Below are positions 61,601-64,000 of a stretch of 64,000 nucleotides of DNA, piece by piece. This DNA comes from Anthoceros angustus (taxonomy: Eukaryota; Plantae; Anthocerotophyta). Below the pieces are notes generated by a model. The model made no database searches and was not told where the DNA came from. It saw only the letters and a program-made list of their open reading frames with translations. The stretch spans positions 1,513,478 through 1,577,477 of the forward strand of contig MU008158.1 of the NCBI GenBank assembly GCA_010909165.1. Reading direction: 5' to 3'. The position numbers and the translations under genes are program-made. Position 1 is the first letter of the stretch. Each line of letters starts with the position of its first letter.

Positions 61601-64000
61601 AAGATGCGGTGCTCTGTTACCCGTTTGTCCACCATGCCCACTCACCTACCGCAAACTTGAGCGTGCACACTTTGCGTCACTTGCCGGCAAAGTGTGCACT
61701 TGGTGTGCACACTTTGCCGCATCACTTGCGACTCGACAACCAACCTCATCCGACGTAAATAGCTCCTCCTCTATGTCGTTCAATTCTTGCACGCAATGCT
61801 CCAACTCCGCATCCGTGGGAGGTTCGATCTCGGCGTCGTCAAAATCAACTCTCACAGCCATCTCGCCTCGCCTCTTACCTTCACCGACCGTCTTGAGGGA
61901 GGCCGCTTCTTGGTCGCCGACCGAATGAAGACCGCACTGGCGTGGGATGAGCGACTGCCCCGAGGCCCCCCCATCCTCCCCACCCGTGACATGGTCCATC
62001 GCCGTCGACGCGCCGGGCGACGCCCGACGTGGTGTTCGCGCCAGACGCGACTCGCCGGCAAGCCTCACCGCCATACTCTCCACCGAACCGTCCACCGCCT
62101 TCGCTCCATGTCAAGGCAATGGCTTCCTCTCGTGAAAGGCGCCAGGCCATGAGTCCCTGTCGCATTCAAGACACCATTTTGAAAAGCTTGTTTGCAAAGG
62201 CCGGGTGGTCATTCGCTATCGGCCGACCTAGCCTGTGCACTGCTACTTGCCCATAATCACAACATTTTCGACCACAACCTCGACGGAGCAATTTTCATGT
62301 CCCATTGGTTACGTATGCGTTACTCGTGATGTATGATATTGCCCAAATGGCGCAGCGCTCTCAATGCCCCCATTACTCCATTTTAACGAATCATCGACTT
62401 CCGACCATTCCCACACGTCACTTGGGTATTGGCACATTCCGCCATTGGATCGTGCTTGTTTGTTTGGAAATACTTTAATGCCCACTTGGCATCCGGTTTT
62501 GCCCCATCCGTCAGCTACTCAAACGACATGCCACAATCTATGTGCCACGCATGGGTTCCTCCTCTCTCCATCCCTCGCCGGAGTAGGCACGGCCACCCCT
62601 GTTCCATCCATCGTCCGGATGCATCATCATCGAGTTACTGCGATGGCCACACAATGGACCATCGATGGAGTGCACTGCATAGGAAACCTTCTCGATTCAC
62701 AAGGTCAAACCCGATTTCCGCAGCGATGGCCTTGTCCCTCTGGCCGACACTCGTACCATCCAACCTTCAGAATCGGATTATACTCGAGAAGCATCCGCAG
62801 AGATTTGCTCTATGTGGCCGTAGAAGACGCGCTCTCTTGAGCTCCCGGCACTGCCCCACCCATGATAAACTTTGCGACACTGCACTATCTTTTGTGCCCG
62901 CCGCTTGTCCGCCTCCGCTGTCGAGGTGGCCTTTGTTCCACATGTGACTATGTGCCGTTGCTTGCAACGGGCCATCCATTATAGCCCTCACTGGGTCATA
63001 GCAGGATGCCCCTCCCAAGCGCTCACCGCCTGTGCACCCACCTCTTGAAACTTCGTTCCTCATGTGCACCGTACATCCTCACCTCTTCGTCGTACATGTC
63101 CAAAACTGCATCACCTTCGTGATACAAAGACATAAGTATGGGCGCACCTCAGCGGCATCCATTGTGCAGACGGCCGACACCCAGACTTTTCTCCCACACG
63201 GTCCTCGGGACTCCATGATCCACCGACGTGACCATAGTAACGGAGGAATGACATGCCGAAATGCATACTCTCCTCTCATATACCCCACGGCTATCGGACT
63301 GCTCACCGACCGTCCGCTCTGGATCCTAAGTATCTCTCCACCGGGTACATCCACTGTGCACTGGCCACCACGTCCACTAAATGTATTATGAGGTGGGTTG
63401 ATATATCAAAGACCTTTGGAGGGAATTGCTTTTCCAGAGAGCATCACCACATGACCTCTTCTCGTTGTGCTTGAATTTCATGGCCGATTGTCCGGCAAAT
63501 CCATCCGCATCCGACCCAATTTCACAACCGCCTTGTACACCTGGGTCTATGCACCCCGAAGGACGATGGGAAGATGATTTCCAGCATGATGTGCCGATCA
63601 TGGCACTTCAAGCCCCACTTTGCCCCCTCTAATTTCGCTCCTATGTTAGACCCATAGCCTGGGCAGCTTTATGCGTTTAATTCTCTTTGACTTGGAGGTC
63701 GTCTTTCGCCAAAACGTAAGACGCCTCGGGCAATGGCGCCCTCCCACCGCCACAACCACCTTTTCCTCCATTGGCTTCCATGTCCATCCTTGATGCTAGG
63801 TCGCCTCGCCCGTCAAAGTGTGCCATATGGCCTGCATTGTTCTTTTCCACGTGCATGACATCCTTTGGCGCCATCACAAGAAGGTGACGCCAATATGGGA
63901 GCACCCTAAAGAGAGAAGACATCCGCCGTTCCAAAATTTCCTCACGGATCTGGGTGGCGCACCTTCTCTGCGTACCATATCTCACCACATCATCAAGCGT
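58697..64000 (-). mobile_element. CACTA element (3' end at about 58697, continues past the window end)
   Basis: Terminus CC(C)TACTGTAAAAGGGC, GTTACAC / TGTTGCAATCATG subterminal repeats at 58720-58940, TnpD domains on the minus strand. Confidence 0.85.
62400..64000 (-). pseudogene. tnpD: CACTA transposase TnpD C-terminal half (DUF4218 / DUF4216)
   Basis: SSLFRVLPYWRHLLV..DVMHVEKN..LPEASYVLAKDD; LK-HDWHIMLEIIFP; WPVHSG..W..EILRIQS..SSPIAVGYMRGE; FYGHIEQI..DDGW. Confidence 0.92.

Overview
Eukaryotic, TE-dense heterochromatin-like DNA, most likely from a seed-free land plant (inferred from PLS-class PPR and CYP86-clan fragments plus Copia, Athila-like Ty3, CACTA and Sola elements). I found no intact host gene, rRNA, tRNA or CRISPR array. 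Frameshifts occur every few dozen bases, probably unpolished long-read error on top of real decay, so all proteins were stitched by eye across frames and most boundaries are approximate. Layout: (1) 1-18249 is a mosaic of captured gene fragments (PPR, CYP704-like with its intron, gag, Copia RT/RH) ending in a CACTA terminus. (2) 18250-21280 is a CACTA 5' end inserted in Copia RNase H. (3) From 22667 to at least 58697 is an Athila-like LTR element (+) carrying three nested insertions: a 13.8-kb TIR element with a Sola-type DDD transposase in its 5' LTR (23185-37001, TTGT target duplication), a full-length element of its own family in opposite orientation (about 42343-55092), and a CACTA in its 3' LTR (about 58697 onward). 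Main find: the Sola element carries a divergently oriented, intron-containing gene that fuses a ParB-like domain (FVLGGNHS) to a bacterial/phage-type beta-class N4-C/N6-A DNA methyltransferase (DLPRG ... SHTE(K)P ... LDGCACSG..AALKCGRNVISVDVD). Also notable: 3.5-kb LTRs that each contain a coding region, and at least five 0.9-2.1-kb tandem duplications with 7-9-bp junction microhomologies.
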